Origin: Conexivisphaerales archaeon
Lineage (GTDB): Archaea; Thermoproteota; Nitrososphaeria; Conexivisphaerales; DTJL01
Assembly (NCBI GenBank): GCA_038728585.1
Contig: JAVYTR010000002.1
Location: 228,354-292,353, forward strand
Reading direction: 5' to 3'
DNA length: 64,000 bases
The notes under the pieces are model-generated. The model did no database searches. It was not told the DNA's origin and saw only the letters and a list, made by a program, of their open reading frames with translations. Position numbers and translations under genes: made by a program. Each line of letters begins with the position of its first letter. The stretch's first letter is position 1. Of this stretch, positions 44,678 through 54,404 are shown in pieces.

Positions 44678-45851
44678 CTTTTATCAGTTTTATTATAGCG
44701 TTTGTTATCTTCAACATGCTGGAATCAATAGAATATTCTGAAAAATTCTTAGCTTGTTCTTCAGCGTCTCTTCTGTATCTAGAGATATTCAGCCTGACCC
44801 TCTGCAAGGTCTCAACAAAGTCTTGGAAGGTCGAACCTGTCCACTCCACGCCTTTCAGTTCTTTAAAATCGTTCAGCGAGACAAAAGTCCTGCTTGCTAT
44901 TACAGGTCTTCCAACCGCGAGGGCTTCTGGAATCTTTAGCCAAGCACTATGTAGTGAAAACCTGCTCTTTGTACTGACAGGACAGAGCAGGACATCGCAG
45001 GCTGAAATATACTTGGGTAGCAGATTGTATGGAACCAAGCCTACATATATCAGGTTAGGTGCGTTTCCTTCCTTTACCGTTTTTTCCAGAGACTTCTTCA
45101 GAGGACCCTTGCCCCCCACAAGAAGATACGCATCTGGAATAATGTTGTGCAATTCTGATGCCAGTTTTAGTATAATCTCTTCCACCAGCAGGTGCCTATA
45201 CATCATTCCGAACCACCCGATGACAAATGAATCTTCTATATTGTACGTTCTTCTTACGGAATTACCGTCAGCACTAGGCTTGAACAGAGAAGGGTCTATG
45301 CCACGAAATATCCCTAACGTGTTCTTCTTGATTCCTTGCTTTGAAACCAGCTGAGCATACGCCCTTGATGGTAGAATCAAGAGGTCCGAGCTAGCAAAAT
45401 ATATTCTTTCGAGAACCGCTTTTATCTTGTATAGCATTGAGTCTTCTCTGAGAAGACCGGTCGCTACTCCAAAATCCACCAAGGGGTCGCGAGCATCGGT
45501 TACCCATTTTATTCTTATCAGACGTAGCACAAACTGCATGATTATTTTTGCTGCTATTCCATTTCTCATGAATAGCCAATCATCAGCATACACAGTATCA
45601 ATTTGGTTGCGTGTGCAGAAGAAAGCAACACGGAACATGTAAAAAAGGAAGGAGATAATCCTGACCTTCTTTGTGGATAATTCAACAAATTCAATGCCGT
45701 CCAGCATAAACTTCCTGTCTGCATGCCCTCTCTGTATCCATACTGCGTCCACTCCTTTTTTCAGTAGAAAACGCGTTACATAATACGCCTTAATATTGTT
45801 AAAGTCTGGCGGGTATTCCGTCTTCCTATCGAAGATGAATGCGACCTTCAT
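44658..45851 (-). CDS. family 4-like glycosyltransferase (GT-B)
   Basis: GT-B architecture with 'LVGGKGPLKKSLE' and a C-terminal 'IPEALAVGRPVIAS'. The EX7E motif is degenerate. Confidence 0.65.
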   Translation of the reverse strand: MKVAFIFDRKTEYPPDFNNIKAYYVTRFLLKKGVDAVWIQRGHADRKFMLDGIEFVELSTKKVRIISFLFYMFRVAFFCTRNQIDTVYADDWLFMRNGIAAKIIMQFVLRLIRIKWVTDARDPLVDFGVATGLLREDSMLYKIKAVLERIYFASSDLLILPSRAYAQLVSKQGIKKNTLGIFRGIDPSLFKPSADGNSVRRTYNIEDSFVIGWFGMMYRHLLVEEIILKLASELHNIIPDAYLLVGGKGPLKKSLEKTVKEGNAPNLIYVGLVPYNLLPKYISACDVLLCPVSTKSRFSLHSAWLKIPEALAVGRPVIASRTFVSLNDFKELKGVEWTGSTFQDFVETLQRVRLNISRYRRDAEEQAKNFSEYSIDSSMLKITNAIIKLIKDGFNKH

Positions 45852-47029
45852 ATGGGTTGCCTTCTAAATGAACTTATAGCTGAGATTTCTCTTTCTACGA
45901 CCTCATCCCATAACATTCCTCTTACTCGTTCTTTTGCCTTTTTACCAAAAGTCAGTCTAGCAAGGTCATCTCTAAGGTACAGGGTTATCAGCCGTGACAA
46001 CTCTTCGTAATCTTCGGGAGGAAAGTAGACTGCTGCGTCTGCATAGACTTCCCTAAGACTAGGTAGATCAGACAGAATGCAGCACAAGCCACATGCCATT
46101 GCTTGTGATACTGCCTGAGCAAACCCCTCCCTTCGTGAAGGAAAGACAAACAGCTTAGACTGGTTGAGTAATCTAACCAGAAGCTCGTCGTCAACAAAAC
46201 CAGTAAATGTTACCGAGCCTGTTAGACCCAAACTTTTCACCATTACCTCGTAGTCTTTCAGCTTCTGCCTATCAGCGCCTCCTATCAAGAGCAGCTTCGC
46301 ATTTGGAAGGGTCTTAACCACCAAACTCCACGCTCTTAGCAGAACATCGATACCCTTCTGTGGCACAATTCTACCTAGGAACGCTGCCTCGTATATTTTC
46401 TCTAGAGCCATTTCTTTAAAGCGATTTGTATCAACGCCATTTCCGATAACCTCGCATTTTGTGACGCCTAGTACCTCTTTTACCTCGTCTGCTGTTGCTT
46501 TTGAGAGCGACAAATGAACATCTGCTCGCTTGGCACATTTGTAATTTATCCAAGGAACCAAGCTGCGCCACACCGAGGAAACCAATGAATAGCCCGAAGC
46601 ACGACGGTTCTTGATTCCTACCCGGATATCTGAGAGAGAACGTTGGCTTATATGATGGTACAATATGACCATAGGAACTCTCAAGATTAGCTTTGCTGAA
46701 TACGCGACTATAACATTCTCAGGGTCTTGATTGTAAGCGTATACAAATGAAGGTCGAACCTTCAATTTACATATTATCAAATAAGAGCAAAGTAGAACCT
46801 TCGCCAAATCAACTACGTTTTTCAGGGGTTGCGCGAAGCTACGAATATAAAGCGAGTTGTAGACCTTTTCTTGATAGGTTTCTTGCAGGGAAGGTCTTTT
46901 TTCGATGACGTATAGTTCGTTTTTTCTTGCTCTGTAGATCCTCGCCTTCTCCAAGAATCCTCTCTCGTCACCTCTAATCTGATATCCCCATTTGTAACGA
47001 TGAAGGAAGATGAATAACATTACACTCAT
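45848..47029 (-). CDS. family 4 glycosyltransferase
   Basis: 'PSRREGFAQAVSQAMACGLCCILSD'. The ATG at 47029 (MSVMLFIF) is taken as start. The ORF extends to 47092 but would then overlap the upstream gene. Confidence 0.8.
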   Translation of the reverse strand: MSVMLFIFLHRYKWGYQIRGDERGFLEKARIYRARKNELYVIEKRPSLQETYQEKVYNSLYIRSFAQPLKNVVDLAKVLLCSYLIICKLKVRPSFVYAYNQDPENVIVAYSAKLILRVPMVILYHHISQRSLSDIRVGIKNRRASGYSLVSSVWRSLVPWINYKCAKRADVHLSLSKATADEVKEVLGVTKCEVIGNGVDTNRFKEMALEKIYEAAFLGRIVPQKGIDVLLRAWSLVVKTLPNAKLLLIGGADRQKLKDYEVMVKSLGLTGSVTFTGFVDDELLVRLLNQSKLFVFPSRREGFAQAVSQAMACGLCCILSDLPSLREVYADAAVYFPPEDYEELSRLITLYLRDDLARLTFGKKAKERVRGMLWDEVVEREISAISSFRRQPI

Positions 47030-47031
47030 AT

Positions 47032-48210
47032 CTATCTTGCGAAGGTCAGCTCTTCGTAAACATGCTGGATTCTCTCGGCAACAGCAGACCATGTAAAAAA
47101 GCTCAAGACTCTTCTTCTTCCTTCTCTACCCATCTGTCTGGACCTCTTTTCGTCTTGTAAAAGCTCTATGACAGCCTGGGTAAGTGCGTTAACAGAACCG
47201 TAAGGCACCAGCTTTCCTGTCACTCCATTGACCACAACTTCAGGCAAGCCACCCATGTTGGTAGAGATGACCGGTTTTTCACATGCCATAGCTTCCAGAC
47301 AGACCTTTGAAAAGGTCTCGTAATAGGACGGTAGTACAAAAATTTCGCTTGCAGAATAGACAGCCGGCAGTTCTTGGTTCGGAATTTTATCCAAGAGTGT
47401 AACACTGTCGGTTACATCGTTTTTTTCAATTTCCTTTCTTAACAAATCCCAGTACTCTCTGTTTCTTAGCCATTTTGGAACGCCGCCTATGCACAAAAGA
47501 TGGGCATCAGGTATTTCTTTCTTTATTCTGCCAAGAGCCCTGATGAGTAAAAATATTCCCTTCCTAAGACCAAAATGACCTACGAACAGCACAATTCTTT
47601 TACCGAACAACTTCCTAACCTGCTCAGGGGCCTGCATCTTGTCAACCGGTCTGAAGATGTCTGTATCCACACCGTTATAGACCACCTTTACCCTTTCTGG
47701 GTTGATCCCGTAAACGCTTATGATATCGTCTGCCGATGACTTGCTGACTGCCAATACCCTATCTGCTGCAGACCAGAGAACACGTTCCCTGAGCATATGG
47801 TAGTTTACGTCAAACGTGGAATAATCCAGTCTTATTGCAGAATCCTTTAGTACAAGAGGTGTGTGGTGAGACCTAGTTGTTCCGTGTACATGTGAAACAA
47901 GTGGGACTCTGTTCAACCGTCTGTAGAAGTACATGAACATACCGCATGTTGCATGACTGTGGATTATCCAGTCTTCCCCATCCGTCAGTCTTTTTATAAC
48001 CATTGGAGCATTGAGGTTAAAAGGCGTAGGAATACCGTGTACTTGTATTCCTTCAACAGTAGCATTTCTATACTGATTTGAAGGTGTTAATACATGTACC
48101 TCATTACCCATCCGTACTTGGGCCTTGGACAAATAGGTAAAGACTGGTTGAAGACCATACTGTGGCCTTCCGTCAAACGGATAATCCCATGCCAGTCTTA
48201 TGATATTCAT
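47032..48210 (-). CDS. family 4 glycosyltransferase
   Basis: 'PSYYETFSKVCLEAMACEKPVISTNMGG'. Confidence 0.85.
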   Translation of the reverse strand: MNIIRLAWDYPFDGRPQYGLQPVFTYLSKAQVRMGNEVHVLTPSNQYRNATVEGIQVHGIPTPFNLNAPMVIKRLTDGEDWIIHSHATCGMFMYFYRRLNRVPLVSHVHGTTRSHHTPLVLKDSAIRLDYSTFDVNYHMLRERVLWSAADRVLAVSKSSADDIISVYGINPERVKVVYNGVDTDIFRPVDKMQAPEQVRKLFGKRIVLFVGHFGLRKGIFLLIRALGRIKKEIPDAHLLCIGGVPKWLRNREYWDLLRKEIEKNDVTDSVTLLDKIPNQELPAVYSASEIFVLPSYYETFSKVCLEAMACEKPVISTNMGGLPEVVVNGVTGKLVPYGSVNALTQAVIELLQDEKRSRQMGREGRRRVLSFFTWSAVAERIQHVYEELTFAR

Positions 48211-48216
48211 TACTAA

Positions 48217-49026
48217 TCAATACCAGCCGAGCGTACCGTCCTTCTTGGCTCGTTTCATTCCCCATCTGAATATGTATAGAGAAAATGGCAGAAGGATAGC
48301 TGCAATAAAAGCCGACGCAATGAAGCTGAGAGCTACACCAGGAACAAAAATTGAGGCATCTGTAAGAGACGCCAGTCTAATTATGTGGTATATCCACGTC
48401 TGAGGTAACACCCAGGATACATATGAAAGACCGGGAAGATAGTTATCTAGGTGAGACACCGGAAATGTCATTCCTGACAGGAGTTGCTGAGCTATGGTTA
48501 ATCCCCATGTTACCGGATCTGTTACTTTTGTTACCAACCTCAACCCTGTTGCTATCATAGATAAAGAAAATATAATAGAACTCGAAATGATGATCGCCAA
48601 GCTAAGGGAGAGAAAATTTACATCGAAGTGAGCGTCGAAGACGTATATCGCTATAACTAATTGAGGGATGAAGAGGATGGCTGCAAGAATATATGTCCAA
48701 GCAACCGTTCCAAGCACAAACGTAGGAGTTCTGATTCCTGTCATCAGTAGTGTTTCAAGAGTCCAAGGTTTGATTCTTCTGTCCAGTCCTGACCCTAATG
48801 ACATAATGATATTTCCTACAAGTATACCAACTATTAGAAACGATACAAAGTCTGTGTTGTACTGAGGTACTGGTGCGTCTCGATAACTTGCATTGAACCC
48901 CCAGCTCGCCAAGCCTACGGCTGAAGCGAGTACTGTGGTTATCATCTGATTTTTATAGCTCGACCAGTCATAGAAATCCCGCTTTGCGAGCGCCCAGACC
49001 TTTCTTGGCTCGATAGGCAGCTGCAT
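48217..49026 (-). CDS. ABC-2 type exporter permease (copy A)
   Basis: 269 aa with 6 TM helices. It is about 56% identical by eye over the first 130 aa to copy B at 58569..59378, and lies directly downstream of an ABC ATPase. Confidence 0.8.
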   Translation of the reverse strand: MQLPIEPRKVWALAKRDFYDWSSYKNQMITTVLASAVGLASWGFNASYRDAPVPQYNTDFVSFLIVGILVGNIIMSLGSGLDRRIKPWTLETLLMTGIRTPTFVLGTVAWTYILAAILFIPQLVIAIYVFDAHFDVNFLSLSLAIIISSSIIFSLSMIATGLRLVTKVTDPVTWGLTIAQQLLSGMTFPVSHLDNYLPGLSYVSWVLPQTWIYHIIRLASLTDASIFVPGVALSFIASAFIAAILLPFSLYIFRWGMKRAKKDGTLGWY

Positions 49027-49027
49027 T

Positions 49028-50107
49028 TTATTTTGCCCCTTTAGTCATCTGAACGAAGACGTCCTCGAGGCTGACTTTTTCGCTTTCTATCGATTTAATC
49101 TTCAGGTTTGCTGCTATGAGAATTTCAAATAATTTCAGATAATCGAACCATGGTGTAGTTTCTAACGTCAATCTATGTGTGACTAGACCAATATCTGTTA
49201 CATCACAATCTGAAACACCTTCTAATTGTCTAATAGAATCTAGAACGGATTTACTGACCGACTGGCCTCCGTCGAATGACAATGTTATTCTTATGCTTCT
49301 AGAGACCTTGTTCCTCAATTCATCGGCAGTACCCAAAGCCAAGAGCCTACCCCTGTTGAGAACTGCTATTCTATTACATAATTGTTCTACTTCCCAGAGG
49401 TTGTGACTGGACATGATTATGGTCTTTCCTCTTTCTTTTACCAGAATATCTTTAAGCAGCTTTCTGAATTCTGCTGCAGCCAATGCGTCTAAGCCGGTTG
49501 TGGGTTCATCGAATATTAGCACAGGAGCATCGCTCAGCAGCACTCTGCAAACAACAAGCCTCTTTGCTGTACCTGTCGAGTATTTGTTGTACGTCATATC
49601 TGCAAACTTTTCCAGCCCGGTTAAAGCCAACAACTCGTCGATTCTTCTCTTTGCTTCGGCTTTAGGAATGCCATAAAGGTCACCATATAGCTCAAGGTTC
49701 TGTCTTCCAGTCAGCCTTCTTTCAAAACCTACCTCTTCCGCAAGAGATGTTTGTATATATTTAAGTGCACGTCGGGGATGTTTCGCTATATCTACACCGA
49801 ATGTATAAGCATTACCCTCATCCTGCAAAATAAGGGTAGAAAGTATCTTTATTAGCGTTGTTTTACCTGCACCATTTGGCCCCAGCAGGGCGAATATTTC
49901 ACCTGAGTTGACTTCGAATGATATATTGTCAAGAGCTAGGAGGTCTCTTTCTTTAGCACCAAACACTACCCTGAAAAATTTTAGGAATTCACGCCAGCCG
50001 CGAATCCTACGTGCACTTTGAAGAGATTTCGACTGATAACTGAACCTCTTAGTTAGGTTAAACACCTGAACAGGCTGAGAATGATCAACGGGCAACAATC
50101 TTTGCAC
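49028..50107 (-). CDS. ABC exporter ATPase (copy A) with ~110-aa C-terminal extension
   Basis: Walker A 'GPNGAGKTT', signature variant 'YSTGTAKRL', Walker B 'LIFDEPTTGLD' and H-loop 'SSHNL'. Confidence 0.9.
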   Translation of the reverse strand: MQRLLPVDHSQPVQVFNLTKRFSYQSKSLQSARRIRGWREFLKFFRVVFGAKERDLLALDNISFEVNSGEIFALLGPNGAGKTTLIKILSTLILQDEGNAYTFGVDIAKHPRRALKYIQTSLAEEVGFERRLTGRQNLELYGDLYGIPKAEAKRRIDELLALTGLEKFADMTYNKYSTGTAKRLVVCRVLLSDAPVLIFDEPTTGLDALAAAEFRKLLKDILVKERGKTIIMSSHNLWEVEQLCNRIAVLNRGRLLALGTADELRNKVSRSIRITLSFDGGQSVSKSVLDSIRQLEGVSDCDVTDIGLVTHRLTLETTPWFDYLKLFEILIAANLKIKSIESEKVSLEDVFVQMTKGAK

Positions 50108-50108
50108 T

Positions 50109-51443
50109 CTATTTAATATCTAGGACCTTGCCGTCGATAAAGCTTGGGATAGGTAGTTTATACATCCTTAACACTGTGGGAGTCACGTCTAATATTGATG
50201 CTTTATGAAGTGAGTCTTCTTCGCTTTTATCTCCAGTGATCAGGAGAACACCTGTTTTCAAATGACCAGCTCTTCTTTTCTTTAGTTTTCTAATGATCTG
50301 ACCTGTATTATGCTCTTCAGGATTCATAGAAACGCCATCTTCTGGCTCGATCAAGATCTGGGCTGGAACTTCGTGTTTTCGGTCGCCATTATACAGGTTT
50401 TCAGTAAGCAGTACGTTTTTTACTACTCCTAGCTGCTTAAATTCATTTAGTTCACTAAGTAAAGTGGAAATACAAGTTTGGTCTAACACCTTTATCCAGC
50501 ACATAGCCTCCACTCTGTACGCAAATGCTTTAGCGTTTGGAGGTGGGACTGGAATAGGTTGTGGCCTTCCAGAAGGCCATCCCGGAACTTTTACTCTGAT
50601 CTGTGAAGTTATCGGTTTTTGTCGGAAACGGAGAATCTTATGAGCAATCAAAGTCTTTGCTCTTGAGACCTTAATATAGCCCTTACGAATTAGCCATTCG
50701 TTAATATTGACAACAGTATGAATCTCTCCAAACCCATGGTCGGAAAATACCATCAGTCTGTCACCTTGTTTTATACTGTGAAATATCTTATTTAGCCACT
50801 CGTCAATGATAAAGAAGATCTTAAAGATTGATTCCTTGTCGTCATAATTTTTGTGCAGAATTGCATCTGGGAGACTATCCACAAATATTGCTACATCGTA
50901 TTCTTGGGTGTCAAGCAAATGAACGGATGTTTCGACACGCAGCCTTAATCTATCGATAATTGTTTCGATACGCTCATGATTACTCAAATTGGTCAGGGGA
51001 GAATAGTCGTAACCTCTCAGGTTCAATTGTTTGCTCAACTGTTCAGGATAACATGACAGGTTTGGAACGAACCGCCCGGTGATGAATACACCGTTTATGG
51101 CTGGCGCCGGATAAGTAAACGGTATTCCAGCAACTATCATTTTTTTGCCTGCCCAAGATAAGTAATCCCACAGATAGGGAAAGCTACTCCTTCTATAATT
51201 TGGAAGTGCTGCTTTTGAATCTGTATATTCTAAGAGGTCGAAAACACCATGCTTTCCAGGATTGACCCCTGAGAAAGCACTGGCCCAAGCTGGTGCGGTT
51301 ACATAAGGATACACAGATTCCAGACTGTAAATGGAGCTCATCTCGAAAAGCTTCTGAAGATTCTGAAGTTTTCCTTCTCTCGTCACGTCTGTAAGCAGTT
51401 TGTAAGATGCACCGTCTAAACCTAGAATAATAAGTCTGCTCAT
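50109..51443 (-). CDS. alkaline-phosphatase-superfamily enzyme, type I phosphodiesterase/nucleotide pyrophosphatase family (paralogue 1)
   Basis: 'LIILGLDGASYKLL', 'VYPYVTAPAWASAFSGVNPGKHGVFD' (metal-binding Asp, nucleophile Thr) and 'VFSDHGF'. Confidence 0.75.
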   Translation of the reverse strand: MSRLIILGLDGASYKLLTDVTREGKLQNLQKLFEMSSIYSLESVYPYVTAPAWASAFSGVNPGKHGVFDLLEYTDSKAALPNYRRSSFPYLWDYLSWAGKKMIVAGIPFTYPAPAINGVFITGRFVPNLSCYPEQLSKQLNLRGYDYSPLTNLSNHERIETIIDRLRLRVETSVHLLDTQEYDVAIFVDSLPDAILHKNYDDKESIFKIFFIIDEWLNKIFHSIKQGDRLMVFSDHGFGEIHTVVNINEWLIRKGYIKVSRAKTLIAHKILRFRQKPITSQIRVKVPGWPSGRPQPIPVPPPNAKAFAYRVEAMCWIKVLDQTCISTLLSELNEFKQLGVVKNVLLTENLYNGDRKHEVPAQILIEPEDGVSMNPEEHNTGQIIRKLKKRRAGHLKTGVLLITGDKSEEDSLHKASILDVTPTVLRMYKLPIPSFIDGKVLDIK

Positions 51444-51468
51444 AAAAAACGCTCCTTACGATAAGACT

Positions 51469-52839
51469 CTACGTAATTTCTATCGGGAAACCGTCTAAAA
51501 AGTCTGGAATCGGTAACTTCATTATTTTCAGCGTGGTCGGCAAAATATCGTAGATCGACCGGTCATCTTTTCCGATTTGCTTCATACCTTTCCCCCAAAT
51601 AATTAGTAGACCGTTTCTGTCGTGCCCTCCAACAGGTTTGGGATACATGTGCTCTAACTTTCCATATGTCAATGTCTTGACGTCAATCAAAACACCTTGA
51701 GCACTCTCCACTATGATTCGATTAGGTAGTTGTGCCACCTTTTCGCCATGATATAATTCCCTTGTATCATAGACCCCTTGCAGGTAGCCTATCTTGATTA
51801 AGCTTGTGAGTGCCATTCTGAGCTTCTGAACGAAATCTTCGTTTGCCATTGTTTGATTGATAAAGACCCACGCATGGTCTCCTGTGGTCCTTGCCAGCCG
51901 AACGGTATCTCTGTTCTCTGCTCCTTTGATGTTTGGTATTAAACCTTCTTCCTCAGCTAGATGAGTTATATTGAGTGTATGTTTCAACTTTCTAACGATT
52001 CGATTAAACCCTCTTATTCTTTTTAGTTTGGCCCGAAAGTAGCTTTCTCGCTTTACGTAACCATACCTGCGCATCCATTCCAGTAGGTAAAATTTCTTGA
52101 CAATACCTTGGAAACCATGGTCAGAAACCACAAAGATATTGTCTTGTGATGTTGACCTTCGAACAATAATACCCAACAATTCGTCCAGTTTTGAATACAT
52201 TTCTATTATCCGAGGCCTCCAGTTGTATGCAATATGCATAATTTCATCAGGCATACTGTCTATGTTGACGACTAGGTCCCACTTTTCAGCCTTTACAAGA
52301 GAATCGAATAGCTTGATTCTTCTATCTAACATCTCCATCGCATTATTTACAGATATTTTTCTTAATTCTTGGTTATCGCCCAAATTCGTGATCTTCTTGC
52401 TGTAATCAAAGCCCGAAACATCATATTTTTCTGTTATCCATTTTGGGTAACAATCTAATTTTGGTACAAACCTTCCGGTTACAAATACCCCGTTTATCAC
52501 AGGGGCCGGATAATAAAACGGGACACCCAGTACCAGCGACTTCTTGCCAGCCCAAGTAGCGTATTCCCATAAAAATGGTATGTTTGTCTGACTGATACTC
52601 GGAACTATCCTTGTGCCGTTCTCTTCTGTGTACATATCAAATATGCCGTGCTTACCTGGGTTAACGCCCGTGAATAGACTTGTCCACGCAGGACCTGTCA
52701 CATAAGGGATAACAGACTTTAAGTGGCAACTTTGACCTTCATTCAAGATCTTCTCAAAGTTCTTTAGAGAGGCTTCCTTGGTCATTTCTTTAACCTTTTG
52801 CAAGGAAGCCCCGTCGATGCCCAGTATGTATTCGACCAT
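51469..52839 (-). CDS. alkaline-phosphatase-superfamily enzyme, type I phosphodiesterase/nucleotide pyrophosphatase family (paralogue 2)
   Basis: 'YILGIDGASLQKV', 'VIPYVTGPAWTSLFTGVNPGKHGIFD' and 'VVSDHGF'. The ATG at 52839 is taken as start. Confidence 0.75.
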   Translation of the reverse strand: MVEYILGIDGASLQKVKEMTKEASLKNFEKILNEGQSCHLKSVIPYVTGPAWTSLFTGVNPGKHGIFDMYTEENGTRIVPSISQTNIPFLWEYATWAGKKSLVLGVPFYYPAPVINGVFVTGRFVPKLDCYPKWITEKYDVSGFDYSKKITNLGDNQELRKISVNNAMEMLDRRIKLFDSLVKAEKWDLVVNIDSMPDEIMHIAYNWRPRIIEMYSKLDELLGIIVRRSTSQDNIFVVSDHGFQGIVKKFYLLEWMRRYGYVKRESYFRAKLKRIRGFNRIVRKLKHTLNITHLAEEEGLIPNIKGAENRDTVRLARTTGDHAWVFINQTMANEDFVQKLRMALTSLIKIGYLQGVYDTRELYHGEKVAQLPNRIIVESAQGVLIDVKTLTYGKLEHMYPKPVGGHDRNGLLIIWGKGMKQIGKDDRSIYDILPTTLKIMKLPIPDFLDGFPIEIT

Positions 52840-52841
52840 CT

Positions 52842-54326
52842 TTAATCTACTGCAAGAACTCGGTTCTCGCGAATACAATTAGTGATGATTTTGTGGATGT
52901 AAATAAGACCGTCTTCATCACGGGGTATATCTCTGCATTTTTCAAAATCGCTTAAAGAAACAGACCTGTACCGTACTCCATTGTAGATCTTGCTAAATGA
53001 AGACTTCACACCCTCGGCGTCTAATTTATATATGGACCTGATCAGCGAATGCAGTCCATCAAATATCTCATCTTTGCGTGAAAAGATTTTCACGCGAAAA
53101 ACCTGCGCCTGTCTGGCCTGAAACGAATCGAGAGCTAAAATCGGCTTTCTGAGTTGCTTGGCATATGTCATTGCTCCGGAGGCCCAGTAGTTGCTCTTAT
53201 GTGAAAAGACAAAATGTGAACATCCGCTTAGAAAGGAATAGAGCTGATCTTCGTTAAGGTATCCTAGTTTAACAATGATATTGTTGATATAAATTTCTGA
53301 CCGTTCTCTATTATGAACGACACGTACACCTCTAAAGGATTGAAGACGACTGATAACGTCTTTGTAGATGTTCAGATCTCTTTCTTCGTTTTGACTTATT
53401 ACAAGTCTGGCTTCTACCTTAAGGGCAAGCGCAAGTCGAATAATTGAGACAAACTTTTTCGAGTGACTCGCAAAACCGAACGAGCCTATCACAATACTTC
53501 CATTGGTATTTTCCTCTAAATTGTTGGTAGCGGATAAAGTTCTGTATGCAACATGTGGACAAAGATAATAGTTCTTGGCTTTATCAAACAAGGCGTTCTC
53601 ATTCGTCCTGTATAACAGCATCGTATTATTTTCCAGGAATTTAACATCAGATTGCGTAAAGCGAAATCTAGTCAACCAATCATGAACTTCAATGACTATG
53701 TTCTTACTTAGATTCTTCAAGAACGCAACGTCTTCTAGAAGATTCTTTGCTCCGCTCAGTCCACTTTCAAATTCGATCAGAACTATGTCGAACCTTGTTT
53801 CTGAAGGTTCAGAAATTTCCTGTACTTCAATGCCAAGTTCATTCTGAATTCTGTTTTTCAAGTTTCTGGAATATTCGCTGATGCCTCCCCTATCTTTAGT
53901 GTAGGAGAGTAACGATATACCTCTAAGGTTTTGTTGCAGAGTACTGAAGCCTGGTCCTTTTCTATAGACAACCAGATCAATACCTGCAGCTTTGACGACT
54001 TGGATTTTTCCGAAGCCTTCTTCCTGATCACCAAATTCAGAAGTTCTTCTTCTATGAACTATCTTAGCGACATATCCGCCTGGCTCAACAACTCTCAAGG
54101 CTTCGCTGAGTATTCTCTCGTTAATGTCTCTCTTCCCAGCATCTACAAAAACAACCATCTTAAAGAAAGAAGGCGGGAAGTGGGTGTCCGACGGTTCTCC
54201 ATACACATACCTTATTGCTGTGTAGAAAGGGCTGTTGTAGATATCTTTATCAGAGTCTATGCAGTACAAGTTCCTGTAATCGTTCCTATGCATAAGGATT
54301 ACCAAAGGAACCATCTGCTTACCCAT
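52842..54326 (-). CDS. hypothetical two-part protein (MTase-tail-like N-terminus, GT-B-like C-terminal half)
   Basis: 'VVFVDAGKRDINERILSEALRVVEPGGYV' sits near the N-terminus. C-terminal 'IVIGSFGFASHSKKF...' and 'SGAMTYAKQLRKPILALD' resemble the GT4 acceptor/donor halves, but no EX7E motif is present. Confidence 0.4.
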   Translation of the reverse strand: MGKQMVPLVILMHRNDYRNLYCIDSDKDIYNSPFYTAIRYVYGEPSDTHFPPSFFKMVVFVDAGKRDINERILSEALRVVEPGGYVAKIVHRRRTSEFGDQEEGFGKIQVVKAAGIDLVVYRKGPGFSTLQQNLRGISLLSYTKDRGGISEYSRNLKNRIQNELGIEVQEISEPSETRFDIVLIEFESGLSGAKNLLEDVAFLKNLSKNIVIEVHDWLTRFRFTQSDVKFLENNTMLLYRTNENALFDKAKNYYLCPHVAYRTLSATNNLEENTNGSIVIGSFGFASHSKKFVSIIRLALALKVEARLVISQNEERDLNIYKDVISRLQSFRGVRVVHNRERSEIYINNIIVKLGYLNEDQLYSFLSGCSHFVFSHKSNYWASGAMTYAKQLRKPILALDSFQARQAQVFRVKIFSRKDEIFDGLHSLIRSIYKLDAEGVKSSFSKIYNGVRYRSVSLSDFEKCRDIPRDEDGLIYIHKIITNCIRENRVLAVD

Positions 54327-54404
54327 AGCCAGTATTCTATCAGCTCGATTGGCATAATAGACAAGTTCAGAAAGTATATTTTCAGCCCTTCCTAATGTAG
54401 ACAG

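Noticed and set aside
44665-45354. Long antisense ORFs opposite real genes: 229 aa at 44665..45354, 174 aa at 35324..35848, 183 aa at 41076..41627, 145 aa at 24961..25398, 154 aa at 53931..54395, 133 aa at 20114..20515, and many of 60-120 aa.
   Set aside because: Each lies fully inside a gene on the other strand that has clear family motifs (GT4, GT2, FMN oxidase, PEF-CTERM protein and so on). Their translations are Ser/Leu/Pro/Arg-rich low-information strings without motifs, which is typical of shadow ORFs.
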